A stretch of DNA of 60,568 bases from a virus, in IMG/VR virus record IMGVR_UViG_3300035047_000236; one strand, given 5' to 3'. Positions within the stretch are counted from its first letter, which is position 1. Each line of letters opens with the position of its first letter. Of this stretch, positions 49,301-59,700 are shown piece after piece. The position numbers were made by a program, and so were the translations under genes. The notes under the pieces were generated by a model. It had not been told where the DNA came from. It ran no database searches and worked only from the letters and a program-made list of their open reading frames with translations.

Positions 49301-52300
49301 GTATTCATCTGAAGCATCCAACCACATAACCTTACTTATACTCTCTGGGGACCAAAATGATACATTAAAATCTATTGTATCTTCTGTAATAGGATTATTT
49401 TCTTTATATACATGTGCATCATCCAAAAAAGAAGTAGTACCCCATTTATGTGCTAAATACCCCTCTATTTTTTGTTTAGTTTCTTCTTCAGGTATATATG
49501 GTAGGAATAATATTTCATATATATAACCCTCATAACACAACCAATCATCTCCTTGTTTGGCTGCACCTATTGTATAATTATTATCAACTACACCAGGTAT
49601 ATAATCTTCACCATATTCTGAGGTCTTGGTCATTTCTATTCCATTACAAAAAACACTTGTTCCGCTAAAAACAGTTCCTGATGTACTAGCATACTCTATT
49701 ATTGATATATCATTTAAACTTGTAGTGTCTTCGTAGGTAACATATGAGTCATTAAAGTTTATACCAAAACCAGTAGTATCTATAGTATATCTTTTTATTC
49801 CGCCAACCGGAAAATCATTTACATCACCAAATGTAAAAATGGATGCCCCTGGCTGATTCTTAACACTTTTCTTAGCAACAATAAATAAAGAATGGTCTAT
49901 ATTATATGAATTAATTAAATCACTCATATATATTTCTTGATCGTCTATTATGTCAAAAGGGACGTGTTCTCTTAAATCACCATCGAATAGTAATGTTGCA
50001 TTAGGTACTACAGAACCATAAACATTACTATTAACAACATCTTCAGTTATATAAATCTTTATATCTTTAGCACCAGAATATGTACTTCCGCCAGAAGTAT
50101 GACCGTTATTAATTACTATTCTATTAAATGTTATTGTATCATTAAAAACAACATATATTCTTTGATTAGTTTTTCTATCTAAAGCAGATCTCCAACAAGT
50201 ACCGTATTCACTACCTGTCTTGGATAAAGAAGTATTAAATGTATAATTTGCTGTATATGAATAATAAGTAGTTTGACCATAAGACTGAAAACTAGTTATA
50301 TCTATTCTTTCATCATTTAAATAAAACTCAACAGATCTTAAAAACATATACCTCAAACCACCAAGATCAAACGCTCTTCCTATGTCTATAACACATGATT
50401 TAGCAGTGAACACAGTTTCTGTATTATATGTTTTCAGGCTTTTATCTCCGTGCAACATTCTTCCTCTATCGAATTTTACAGCATTTTCTTCTTCTGAATA
50501 TTTTGGTAAATAACCAGCATAATCTGGAACAGGATAATATACACAATAAAATCTATATTTTTCATTGTTTGACAAGTTTATACTATATTTAGAGTCATTA
50601 GTCACTCCATCAATAGAATAAAGTAATGTTTTATTTTCTTTATTTTCCCAGTCTTGCCCTTCCTCATTAGAACCAAATATCTGAACTTTATCTGCAAAAG
50701 TATAACTAACCCAATAAGAATAAAAGTATATATACATAGAAGTAACACAAGTTTCATTACCTTTACCAAAATCATAGACCCACCAATTAGGTAATTTGGC
50801 ATCATCTACCCACGAACTTCTCCAAGCATCGTCTGAAATTGCTTTATATGGAGCCATCAAATAATAACTAGTTGTGTAAGCGCCGGTCCATTTCTTAACA
50901 GTATGCCCAGAAGCATATACCGCCCTGGAGCTACTATAGGAAATCTCAAACTCCTTTGACTCAGCAAACACTAAAGTGAAATCATCATTACCAGTATTAG
51001 ATATATACAGAGAAAAACTATCTATCGGCATATTGTCTGCAACAACAACAATCTCATCTATAGCTTCAGACCCTTCTATTTCAAAAACCAAAGTTTCAAA
51101 ATCACTAATAATAGGTTGTGTTTTTAATTCTATATTTGATAATTCTATTGAAGTTTCTGGGTCTTCAACAATATTATTAACACCACTAGACAAGGTATCT
51201 GAATAAATATCTAATATATCATTATCAACTACATTAGAACCTATATGTTGCTTAAAAACACCATCATATATCTCTACAAATTCTGAGTCATACTCAAAGT
51301 CAGAAACTTCATTTTGTGATATAAATATTTTTGCATTTTTAACTCCAGAATCAGTAATGCCTCCGCCGTCATGACTATTATTTACTGAAATATATTTAAA
51401 AGTTATAGGCGTGTTAAAATTACACACTATTTTTTGATTTGTATAAGTATATCTAACAGAAAGCCAAGCAAGATCTGCCCAACCACCAGTCTTGCTAAAA
51501 GAAGTATTAAATATATTATCTGAATCATAAGTTGAACTATAAATAGATGTAGCAAAAGAACTAAAATCAGAGTCGCTAATAGTTATAATATTATTATTTT
51601 CATCGTAAAAGTCTATTGATCTTATACCCATGTAGTTTGTGTTACCATAATTATCTGTTAAATGTAATATTAATGATTTAGCAGTATATAACTGATATAT
51701 ATTATCAGGGTAATTTCTATAACGAATAGGGTATAAAGCATCATAATAATTATTATAACCTATAAATATTGATTTAAGCCTACTAGAAAAATGCATCCTA
51801 GTACTACTTTCACTATCAACAAAAATAACATCTCCATTCTGGGATGTTAATTTTATTTTATTTAATATATTTGTTTTCTTAGAAAGCTCTAATCTAAAAA
51901 GTCCATCAAAACCATTTATATATTCTCTACTATAGAACTCATCAAGGTAAATATAATCAGATCCAGTGTATCTATTGTACGGATCAGTTAATAAGTCTTT
52001 ATTCTTGTCTATAGTAAAAAGTTTTATATTTATACCAGTTACTTCACTAGTCATAGATAATGTAAATAAAACTTCGCCAGTAGAACTAAGCAGATTTATA
52101 AAATGCTCTATATTCGGAGGTAATTGTATATGATCAAATTTAAAATCAATAGCTAAATCAAAACTTTCTACATCATTATCTAAACTTTTACTTATATAAC
52201 TATTAGTCCCAGATACAAGATGAGTTGGTTTAAAGCTTACATCGTTTTCAACAAAGTAACACCCTTCATCAAAATCATAGTTCCAATAATCAATAAAGTT

Positions 52301-55300
52301 ATTATTAGAAAAGTCATCACTTAAAATAACTACATCGTCTAATGTACCATTATCTTTTAGCCCACATTCAATCTTATCGTTTCCAAGTGTTGAATTTTTT
52401 GCTTGTATATAGAACTTTTTAATTGTAACATCTTCATCATTATTTAAAACTTTAACACTGAATAGATTCAAACCAGCTATTTTATTATGAACCTCAAATT
52501 TCCAAAATCTACTTAATACAGAAGAAAATGAATAATTCATTTTGCCAGTATTTGGTTCATTTAAATAATTTAAAGATTTATTATGCTCCAGTGTGTCCAA
52601 GTATCTCCAATAAGTATCTTTCTCATAAACATAAGCATCTTTATCGTCTATTAAATTATTTAAGTAATATGATGGACAATTTATTGCAACCTGGCTCCTA
52701 TATAAATTGATAGGGTAGTCATAATTTTTAGATATTTTTGCCCCCGGACCAATCTCTGCTAAATTGGAAGTTTCTTCTGACGACAATCTTACCCACGACA
52801 ATATATTATCTTTGTTATCAAAATTATAAGGGACATTTACTAATAAATTTAAAGGTATATCATAAGTATTCTCAATATAAAGCTTATCAACTGAAGAAAG
52901 TTCTTTAGATTTAAGTTTAGAAGGTAAAAAAGTTCTATCACAACTTAAACTTTTCAATGGTTTATCAGATAAATCAAAACTAACCTCATATAATTCAAAA
53001 TTAGTTTGCGGTGATATCTCAACTTTAAAAAATCTAGGAGAAGAGTTTATTTTTGAATATATTCTATTTGAGTTTTCTTTATCTTCAACAAAGAATAAAT
53101 TATCCCAATAATCGCCATAAATAGACGATTTAACTGTAAAGTTATCTAACAGGGATGGTTCTACTTCAAAACTACCATAAAGCTCCATTTCAACTATTTT
53201 GGTGCTTAAATGCCAATCACAATAAACCATAAAGCCGTGGGCATTTACTGGTTTAAATTTTCTTTCAAATATATTCCACTCTACATTTTTAGATATTAGA
53301 TATAGCTCAAAATTAGTAGCGTCGTTGTTTGAGAAATTAATTTTGGTGTTAGGCATTGGATTAGGAACTACATATTGAGACGGACTAATTTCTGAATCAT
53401 CTGTAGGATAATATTTTATACCATCCAAAGAAACATACTCTGTATTTTCTATATAACTATATCCAAACTCTTCTGCATTTCCTCCATTACTATTAGGCCC
53501 TAAATAGTAGGACATAGACATTTTTCTAAAATTATTTGATTCTTTAAAATATATTATAGATTTGTGTATATCTATTGATTTATTTTCTGGTATAACTAAA
53601 TATATAGAAATAGGATCATTTACATAGTCATATGTTTTTACTGATCTCCATGGATAATTAAACTCGCCTTTACTAGAATCTTTATAATTAGTTAACCACT
53701 CAGCATCACCATTTACATAAAAATACGAATGTTCTCCTATTGTGTAAATACCATTAGAATCTTTTCCGAAGTAGTCACCTTGTTTTCCTTCCCCTACAAT
53801 TCTTTTATTATCACTTAAACTATCAATACCATAATAAATATTCTGGTGTTCCCAGTACGATGTAATTCCTGTATTATCATTTACTGCACTATGCCAATGG
53901 GTTTCTCCATACAAATTGCACTGCCAATTTACATCTAAACAGGAAGCTATATTAAACTCAAATAAACTATAATGTTCTTTTCCATAAACATCCAGGCTGC
54001 CTACATTATATCTTTTGCCCATGTCTATATCTAATACTACACTGTCCTGTAATCTATCGCTATAAGCATAATATGAAGGACCTATAACTCCCTGGGAATA
54101 AGGATTGCCTGGGTCAAATCTAACATCTATGTTTTCGCTTTCGCTGATAACATATAAGGTTGCGTTTGGTAGTCTTGTTATACTTGAGTGGGGACATAGT
54201 AAATCAAAATTTTTAAAACCTATTAGATCTCCTTTTGAAACAAAAATATTACATTTTATATTGTATGTTTTTTCTCCTGATGTATAAATATAATCACTTT
54301 TTTCTCCGCCGAAAGAAAGTTCATATAGTTTTATAATAGAACCATCTTTAAAAGATCTAAATATAAGAAGAGAGGGTAGCACTGTTTTATGTTCTTTTCC
54401 AGCTATATAAATATTATTAATTCTTCCACAGTCATTTACAGGATGAGAGTGATCTATTATTACTTTACCCAAGCCACTTAGTTTTGTATAATAATCTGGT
54501 GAAGTAGATTTGGAAACAGTATTAGAAGTAAGAGATTCTAAAAAATCTCTCCTACCTGCTTCAACTATTGGCTGATCTGGGTTGTGGAAGTACCCAAGCT
54601 CTTCTAAGTTTCCATCAGAAAGTTTATCTATTTCATATGCTCTCAACATCCTAGCTGATTTAGGTGTATACTCTGTTGCTGGTAGTATAGACCCAATTTT
54701 TGAAGATACATCCACACCTAACTCTGAAAACCCTAATTTATCAGCAGCATTTCCAGAAATATTTATGAGGGATTGCTCAAAAAATCCTGAAAAAGGCACT
54801 ATACTTCTTATATAATCGTCAGTCATTTTATCTATAGTATAAAACTCGTATGTTTGACTTTCACAAGTATCAAATGAAAAATCAAACTCATCGCTATTAA
54901 AAAACACCATAGTTCTACAATCAGCATATCTTAAATATGTTATTACATTTGACGAGTTTATTTCAAAGTACCTGGGATATGTATTAAACATATTCTCTGA
55001 AGGATTTAAAATTAAATATTCATCGTTACTTACATCCTTAATATAATTATCTGGATATCCACCACCAAGATCATACATAGAACTCACTATATACATATCT
55101 ATAGGAGAACTACTTGTAATGTATGAATAGCATGTATAACCATAAGTAGCATGATGATCTTGCATCTTATAATATACCATATTCAGTTTCTCTGAAGCCC
55201 TTACTCCCAATATATCAGAAAATATTTCTTTGTATTCTAAAGTTTCCTTTATATCCATTAAAGGCGCACTATATTCATTAATAAACAACATTTTAATTAA

Positions 55301-56308
55301 AGAACTTCTATTACCAGATATAATATACATAAAAGAAAATGGGTTACTTATAAATAAGTCTAAATCCTCAAAGTAACTTACATCTTTAGTAACTGAATAT
55401 GCTATGACAAATAAAGTCAGTTCTCCAGAAAAATCTAAATACTTAACGTTACCAAAATTCTTCTGCCCAGAAGTTATTTTTAGTCTATTACCTTCTGTAT
55501 AGCTTACATCAGCATAAGCATATCCACCTATGTCTATCAAGCTAAGCCTGTTCATAATTTTTTTAGCTATTTCATAACCAGTTATGTTTTTATTTGTACC
55601 TAAATGTATTTTTTCATCACCATAACCGTCTATATTAACTATTAAATCATCATCAATTCCTGAAGTTGTTGTATATGATGACATAGGTATTCCTGCAGTT
55701 ATACTGCTGTTTACTCCAGCTCCTTGGCAAGGATGTTCATAATTTAAATAGTAATCACACTGTGTATTTAAACATTTATATTTATCATTGGACTCTATAC
55801 TTATTCTTCTTATACCAAACTGAATATCCTTATAACCATCTATAAAAGGATATATTCTCATATTAGATATATCACCTATCCAATACTGAGATTCCCCTAA
55901 ATTAACCTCATATGTCTTCCAATTGTTAGAATCTTCTATATCAAAAGTATAAGATTTGTTTTCGTCCCAAGAACTGTTAGTAGTAGTAAGCCATTGTATT
56001 TTAGCTTTTGATGGTGGGTTTTTATATTTATTTTCTGGTGAAGTTATTTTAATAGTTATTTTAAATGTATAATAACTTTCTGCCTCCAAAGGAGGAATTG
56101 AACTTGTTCTTCCTATATAACAAGACACTCCCTTAGAAAAACCAAACAGAACTTTATTCCAAGAACCATAAAGGTATATATTACTATACACACCCCAGCC
56201 CTTAAAATCACCGTTTTCATTGAAAACACAATTAAAGCCATAAGTATTATCATAAAGACAACTAGTGTCGCTTTTAATACTTATGGCATCTTTTAGTATA
56301 TTTTCCAT
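43385..56308 (-). CDS. Giant 4307-aa putative virion adhesion/structural protein with LamG/ConA-like and discoidin (F5/8)-like domains
   Basis: LNFDGLDDYV...FTLSAWI...GLVAYYKLDEGTG (LamG); VVDENQSTYWQS...WWKIDFG (F5/8); two QKIEGYLAHKWG modules; C-terminal HIALVW...LYING LamG. Confidence 0.75.
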   Translation of the reverse strand: MENILKDAISIKSDTSCLYDNTYGFNCVFNENGDFKGWGVYSNIYLYGSWNKVLFGFSKGVSCYIGRTSSIPPLEAESYYTFKITIKITSPENKYKNPPSKAKIQWLTTTNSSWDENKSYTFDIEDSNNWKTYEVNLGESQYWIGDISNMRIYPFIDGYKDIQFGIRRISIESNDKYKCLNTQCDYYLNYEHPCQGAGVNSSITAGIPMSSYTTTSGIDDDLIVNIDGYGDEKIHLGTNKNITGYEIAKKIMNRLSLIDIGGYAYADVSYTEGNRLKITSGQKNFGNVKYLDFSGELTLFVIAYSVTKDVSYFEDLDLFISNPFSFMYIISGNRSSLIKMLFINEYSAPLMDIKETLEYKEIFSDILGVRASEKLNMVYYKMQDHHATYGYTCYSYITSSSPIDMYIVSSMYDLGGGYPDNYIKDVSNDEYLILNPSENMFNTYPRYFEINSSNVITYLRYADCRTMVFFNSDEFDFSFDTCESQTYEFYTIDKMTDDYIRSIVPFSGFFEQSLINISGNAADKLGFSELGVDVSSKIGSILPATEYTPKSARMLRAYEIDKLSDGNLEELGYFHNPDQPIVEAGRRDFLESLTSNTVSKSTSPDYYTKLSGLGKVIIDHSHPVNDCGRINNIYIAGKEHKTVLPSLLIFRSFKDGSIIKLYELSFGGEKSDYIYTSGEKTYNIKCNIFVSKGDLIGFKNFDLLCPHSSITRLPNATLYVISESENIDVRFDPGNPYSQGVIGPSYYAYSDRLQDSVVLDIDMGKRYNVGSLDVYGKEHYSLFEFNIASCLDVNWQCNLYGETHWHSAVNDNTGITSYWEHQNIYYGIDSLSDNKRIVGEGKQGDYFGKDSNGIYTIGEHSYFYVNGDAEWLTNYKDSSKGEFNYPWRSVKTYDYVNDPISIYLVIPENKSIDIHKSIIYFKESNNFRKMSMSYYLGPNSNGGNAEEFGYSYIENTEYVSLDGIKYYPTDDSEISPSQYVVPNPMPNTKINFSNNDATNFELYLISKNVEWNIFERKFKPVNAHGFMVYCDWHLSTKIVEMELYGSFEVEPSLLDNFTVKSSIYGDYWDNLFFVEDKENSNRIYSKINSSPRFFKVEISPQTNFELYEVSFDLSDKPLKSLSCDRTFLPSKLKSKELSSVDKLYIENTYDIPLNLLVNVPYNFDNKDNILSWVRLSSEETSNLAEIGPGAKISKNYDYPINLYRSQVAINCPSYYLNNLIDDKDAYVYEKDTYWRYLDTLEHNKSLNYLNEPNTGKMNYSFSSVLSRFWKFEVHNKIAGLNLFSVKVLNNDEDVTIKKFYIQAKNSTLGNDKIECGLKDNGTLDDVVILSDDFSNNNFIDYWNYDFDEGCYFVENDVSFKPTHLVSGTNSYISKSLDNDVESFDLAIDFKFDHIQLPPNIEHFINLLSSTGEVLFTLSMTSEVTGINIKLFTIDKNKDLLTDPYNRYTGSDYIYLDEFYSREYINGFDGLFRLELSKKTNILNKIKLTSQNGDVIFVDSESSTRMHFSSRLKSIFIGYNNYYDALYPIRYRNYPDNIYQLYTAKSLILHLTDNYGNTNYMGIRSIDFYDENNNIITISDSDFSSFATSIYSSTYDSDNIFNTSFSKTGGWADLAWLSVRYTYTNQKIVCNFNTPITFKYISVNNSHDGGGITDSGVKNAKIFISQNEVSDFEYDSEFVEIYDGVFKQHIGSNVVDNDILDIYSDTLSSGVNNIVEDPETSIELSNIELKTQPIISDFETLVFEIEGSEAIDEIVVVADNMPIDSFSLYISNTGNDDFTLVFAESKEFEISYSSSRAVYASGHTVKKWTGAYTTSYYLMAPYKAISDDAWRSSWVDDAKLPNWWVYDFGKGNETCVTSMYIYFYSYWVSYTFADKVQIFGSNEEGQDWENKENKTLLYSIDGVTNDSKYSINLSNNEKYRFYCVYYPVPDYAGYLPKYSEEENAVKFDRGRMLHGDKSLKTYNTETVFTAKSCVIDIGRAFDLGGLRYMFLRSVEFYLNDERIDITSFQSYGQTTYYSYTANYTFNTSLSKTGSEYGTCWRSALDRKTNQRIYVVFNDTITFNRIVINNGHTSGGSTYSGAKDIKIYITEDVVNSNVYGSVVPNATLLFDGDLREHVPFDIIDDQEIYMSDLINSYNIDHSLFIVAKKSVKNQPGASIFTFGDVNDFPVGGIKRYTIDTTGFGINFNDSYVTYEDTTSLNDISIIEYASTSGTVFSGTSVFCNGIEMTKTSEYGEDYIPGVVDNNYTIGAAKQGDDWLCYEGYIYEILFLPYIPEEETKQKIEGYLAHKWGTTSFLDDAHVYKENNPITEDTIDFNVSFWSPESISKVMWLDASDEYSITIDGGYVEKWADKSGMDNHITQSNTSYRPIYVSANHYIDFDGVDNFLSNDSVICESTFSVFVVASSDATHEIDSQSNYGVGGTSGQRYLIYPFHTTGWGLSLGTNGISAYEHAASYMPAISVLSKDLSEYNILNAEVINRQTSFYVNGVHEHTGLTSTKSPIGLKMTLGGSGYGWFDGGVKEIIVVDNLISLDDRQKIEGYLAHKWGLETNLPSGHPYKTTQPLTESSFSHPFIDLWNGEIATLGIDNGEYQISSYVDNYIDIDTVVSSVNPGTLILVFPGQYTPSGLFSKNLMFKGLSGVIDDVEISDPQNATGAQGTTKLFFEDIKFYNNLEWRSNFYISSSSVEVMFNRCLFWAGSNSYAFDVQLHEPEIYFINCQLDCGHNTVARLNFNSTTFTKCYTPSYYAWECSGTAISDDRVTTTTSGYGFEYGEEFIVVPELYTITSGIDWTPLAINSSLWLSSELENVVLNSKNEVSTWLDRSGDFLDVPYIYNNNHATKYGGYETFTSAIRYLKFYKDVYNNQNNLIAYRGTSQTDVYFDNNVDSTYTYTNANFNIDLGGTSTVYGIFIGIDSTNGSLTYNKIKNSYKLYYSNNSTNGEDGDWVFANNFSGLVGPSSYPGWCESFYLQTPITAKWVRLSPEGGDNRYNYISELQFILKDYYLHVDFNFSNVTNYLAIDLKNSHYIDFIRSYGLNTDKVLLSSLDIQYSISDTDDPTEVVYTSHIDINTALGMETYASSEAAGHLSSMVVDENQSTYWQSNSSVPAWWKIDFGEIKSINKFELILSYDTAVSYNYNVEYSLDNASWIEYSGYSTGNYLLMEDIDIVCRYIKINIIGSNNVNSVATVNEFKAYGLNFGELRASEEFFRWIKIPLLCGDGQTRVIDKLGVYSDTTHAYRYDGGFNCDWKSLGNILTDYRETYNLATSGEIVESSENYFNWAPENCLSGDTSLTGFDNCWAFVFDGVNNPYFILDLGDSYFVNKFCITHSYNDVDKDTWLNNDFFIYAGDTADTDTINFLNFDGLDDYVNIDSVSSLIHSGSFTLSAWIKCHPQDHKGVVTINTSTGGNRALWLIRTDGMGIYDGSNWYIGNTDVANNVWRYVTLTYNVSNNTASLYVDGLIDNSFVTGNKIFVASNDKVSIGQEYDDSSTTDHFSGGIRNVNIWNEDLTQEEVQNTMYTDFNGDEEGLVAYYKLDEGTGNTAIDVVDGNNGTINGGSWETYIGYEDLDLLFVVSDNNSYYTEHILDEGKLARYIKFEITSVTKPSEPVSVYDTNSGEYTYIDGGFVREFEVWLDNSSDMVNSEDHPVVCVNLQDNFNVSNVEAITTKVIEDENIDWDDSDEFLKYSDYSTSDPNKVDFFGSPTSNPLFVYNDTLLDYTGLLSNMSLSDSIYLPSGYYNFSWNTYGARDEDSIYITFIGNTSVSCYSKNISTGWISQYSNFSISNSGNYSIKVFSSSGDLGTWGVRNLSATKSSYNTRWVSIKRNTATDFSYDNDSSKFGIDYLNKLKVFASGKYKPTEKSWWWSTTGSTLSRDFVNTKEGSSSLRIDYPTSSGVDRVDFIEGDHFGWDQDWSVKDILSFWLYISDIDKLYLEDGGFGFGSFYGGPQETFYDRDGESKSLTPNIAIYTWDFSELNLKTGWNKLDLRFDDNTVTAPLKSGTTGMLDKDLDFRESYFTSFGMVYRGKGESFYMLLDGITVKRNYYNDPVKFGDNGLCLTWKEYADLPIGGLSLREGTVECFLKLYTNTAGMDIFGDVRSRTLFTIVNNNNELISLSIRSSGWFEVGFGGARYDYNKLVIDPYKYDLNTVSFNNNDVLHIALVWSNDGSGTDNKDTIRLYINGELVISSKDTWEVGDAKSAALRLGGGSSILADNNDEEGSAIFSNVKVYNYCKDKFDINKLSPIELERVSSNSLLQISKDGENFYDINSGELPLKFNSVPPGDKVVIYTRIDKSNMELSSKNHGTLDIDWEVIV

Positions 56309-56312
56309 ATGT

Positions 56313-56708
56313 TTAAGCTTTCAGTATTCTTTTTCTTAAAACGCATCTTTCTATAACATCGTTATAACAAATACCTGTACCGTCTATAACACCCTGACAC
56401 AAACCACAATGAGAGACACCATTGGCTTCGTCTATATCTTCTCTATCTACATTTTTATATACATACGATAATCTGTGATGTAATAATGCTTTTAAAGGTT
56501 TTCTTAAAATCTCTTCCACTATTTCGTTGACAGATATTAATTTACTATAACCACATCTCCCACAAGATATATATATTTCATAGGGTATATTTTTATACTC
56601 TATTTCTCCATCATCATTAAAAATTTCAGTCATTTTATCGTCAAAAAACTTAGCTGTTAACATATAGTCTTCTGACATTGCAGATTCGCATTTATCACAT
56701 TTAAACAT
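56313..56708 (-). CDS. Hypothetical Cys-rich (zinc-binding) protein
   Basis: CDKC, CGRC, CGLC...C...C. Confidence 0.7.
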   Translation of the reverse strand: MFKCDKCESAMSEDYMLTAKFFDDKMTEIFNDDGEIEYKNIPYEIYISCGRCGYSKLISVNEIVEEILRKPLKALLHHRLSYVYKNVDREDIDEANGVSHCGLCQGVIDGTGICYNDVIERCVLRKRILKA

Positions 56709-56729
56709 AATAAACTCCTTATATAATTA

Positions 56730-59700
56730 TTAACCAGTTATATTAAAATATTGTTGTGTATTAAAATAAGCATTATGCCAATTCATTGACACAGCAAAAT
56801 ATTGCTGATTCCAATGTACAGGTGTTGGTATAGGAACAGAACTATATACACACTGCAAAGCATAGAAAAGCATTTCAGAATTATTTTCTGGGTCTTTCCA
56901 TATTTTATTTTCAGTCGATGCCCCGTACAAAGGTCCAAGCACATTAGATCTAACAACTTCTGCAAAATGAAGTCTTTGGAGCATAGTAGCAGTTCCAGTA
57001 TAAAGAGCAATAAAAGGACTAGTATAACCCCTACCACTGTATCTAGTATCTGCATTTGGGTCTTGTGCTACAAAATTATACAGCCATGCTGGAGGAGCTG
57101 TTCCCTCACAATAAGACCTAGTGCATTTATCATTGTTAGGTTCACCAGGTAAGTATAAATAACCTTCACCATTCATAGTGTCAAAATGATTAATTTCAGC
57201 CAACTCATTTAATAATGAATTATGTAAATATAAATTATCAAAAGGTTTATAATATATCATAGCATTACTAAGTAACTCAGACATACCTGGTGGAACTATA
57301 TGATTCATCATAGAGTCATACACATCTTCACTTATAGCTTTATCATATAATTCTTTTTGTTTTCTTTCCATTTGTGGCACTGAACCAACAACAGGTGTCT
57401 TATCTTCTGTTATTTCATAAACAAACCTACTATATGTTTTTGAATGCATTTTCATTGGATTTTCTGATCCTTCTGCACCATGTATACCTTCATTAGTATC
57501 TCTCTGCCAAACAGTAGATTTATGATTATTTCTTGGACCAAAAACATTAGAATCTTCTTCTTTTCCTTGAGGTGGATTTTCAACTTTAGCATGTGATACA
57601 TAATACCTTCTTTCCCATGTATATATAAACTCAGAAGCATTAACAAGTACTTCTTCAAACACATCAACTACGGTTGGTTCTATAAAATTTATATTTTTAT
57701 CATAAGAAGCTTTCTCATTTTCAGATAAAGCTTCTAATTCTTCATTTGTAGGTGTCACCCTAAATCTTATAACAACACCATTATCGCCGTCTCCTATATA
57801 ATCTAATGAATTTTCCCAATCAAGAACTACTTTCTTAGTGTTAAAATCTATAGTATCATCTTCTTGTTTGTAAAACTCTAACTCATTTGTTTCGTATAAT
57901 AAATCTCCCTGCTCAATACCATCTGGTGATCTAAATATAGATATTTGTGGTATATGATAAACCTCCATATGTTTTTCATCTTCATCTATAAATTTTGCAC
58001 CAAAACTAAAACTAATTTCTACAGATGTTATTGACTTTTTTCCATCTTCCAAAAAAATATAACCAAGATACTCATATTCTGTAACTCCACACACATAAAT
58101 TGTATCCAAATCACCTAAAGATATCTCTGGATCAGTTATAGTTTTTTCAGTAGGTAAAGTTCCCCCAACCATCTTAGAAGAATTTAAAGTTACATTTAAT
58201 CCTCTATTAAAATACTCTCTAACTTCGTATTCCTCATCATTATTAATATGATAGTATTTTATCATTCTATCATCTGACGGTTCTTCAGACCAATCCTCAG
58301 CAAACAAAGTTACTCTATCCGACCACATAGATATAACACCATAATTAGCATTATATAATGGAAGACTTCCATCACCAATACAATTATCGTACAATGAAAC
58401 ATTATATTTTTCATCAACATCTGGATCACTATCAGACAGCCACTGTCCTTCCCAATTTATTCCCCTCTTAGGACCAGAGTCTATAGATATAGCAATATAA
58501 CCATCATATTCTCCTGTTTCAGAATCCTTTTCTGGGGCATGAAACTTTATTTCGTGTTGCCCTTCAAATACAACCAGCCTATGTTCTTCATTTTTAAAGT
58601 CATATTTATAATCTGGGTGTTCTATATTAATAATGCCTAACATACCAACATTATTTCCATCTTCTTTAAAAAAAGGTCCCTTAACATTATAAAAAGGATC
58701 TTCTAATTTTTCATTTATGCTTTTTATAGAATCATAAATACTTGTACCATAAGATCTTTCTAACGGCTTCCATACTTCCTGCCAGGCCCATTGAATAAGT
58801 CTATCATCATAACCACCTTCTCCATTATCTTCAATAGAATAAGAACTAGGGTCATTAGGATCAAAACCATCACCTAAAAAAACTACAGGGTATTTCTTAA
58901 ACTCATACCAAGGATATATTTTTCCTTGCTTTCTTGTTTTTACATAATCACCTGTTGTACTTGGGTATCTAATACCATCGACACAAAGCCTACAATTAAA
59001 AACTTGTTCAAATCTTAATCTGTTATTGAGATCAATAACTTCGTTGCCTGAGTGTCCATCCATGTCTGAACATAAATATAATCCTAGTGGATTTACAACT
59101 GGAGTTCCATATTGACCTGCCCCATAATTCCACATAATATCATCATTGTTTAAAGTAAAATCTATTTTTGTAAATGAAGCATATGCTGGCATTACCATCC
59201 AATCAACAAACCACCCTACACCGTCATTAGAATAAGTATATTGCCAAGAATCAATTGTTCTATAACTCAACATATTAGGCCTATTAAAATTACCAAACTT
59301 AGGAAGAACCTCCCCCTCTTTCTCCATCATAGTCAGTTCAGTATCAGAAACAAATCCTCTTATCCTTGACCATCCTACAAAAACATTTTCTCCTGACTTA
59401 TAAGCATTATAAGTTCTCCAATCACAAGTACATTTTATAAGAAAATTACACCCATCTCCGTGGTATGCGACCTTAGTTTCAGGACCTAACATTCTCATAT
59501 CATGATCGCCATGTAACTTTTCTCCATCCTGATTAACTTCTTTAAATAGACCTATGGCATCTACTGAATAATTGTCTAGATTATTTACTAAGTTATATGT
59601 TTCATAAGATTCACACATTGTATAAGGCCACCACATAGGCCCTTTTTTAGTTACAGAAAATATATCATGATCTCCACAAGGAGGCTCCTGGTAAAAAACT

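Noticed and set aside
1626-57667. Short plus-strand and nested minus-strand ORFs in the track (other than tnpA)
   Set aside because: They lie antisense to or inside well-supported genes and show no motifs; treated as shadow ORFs.
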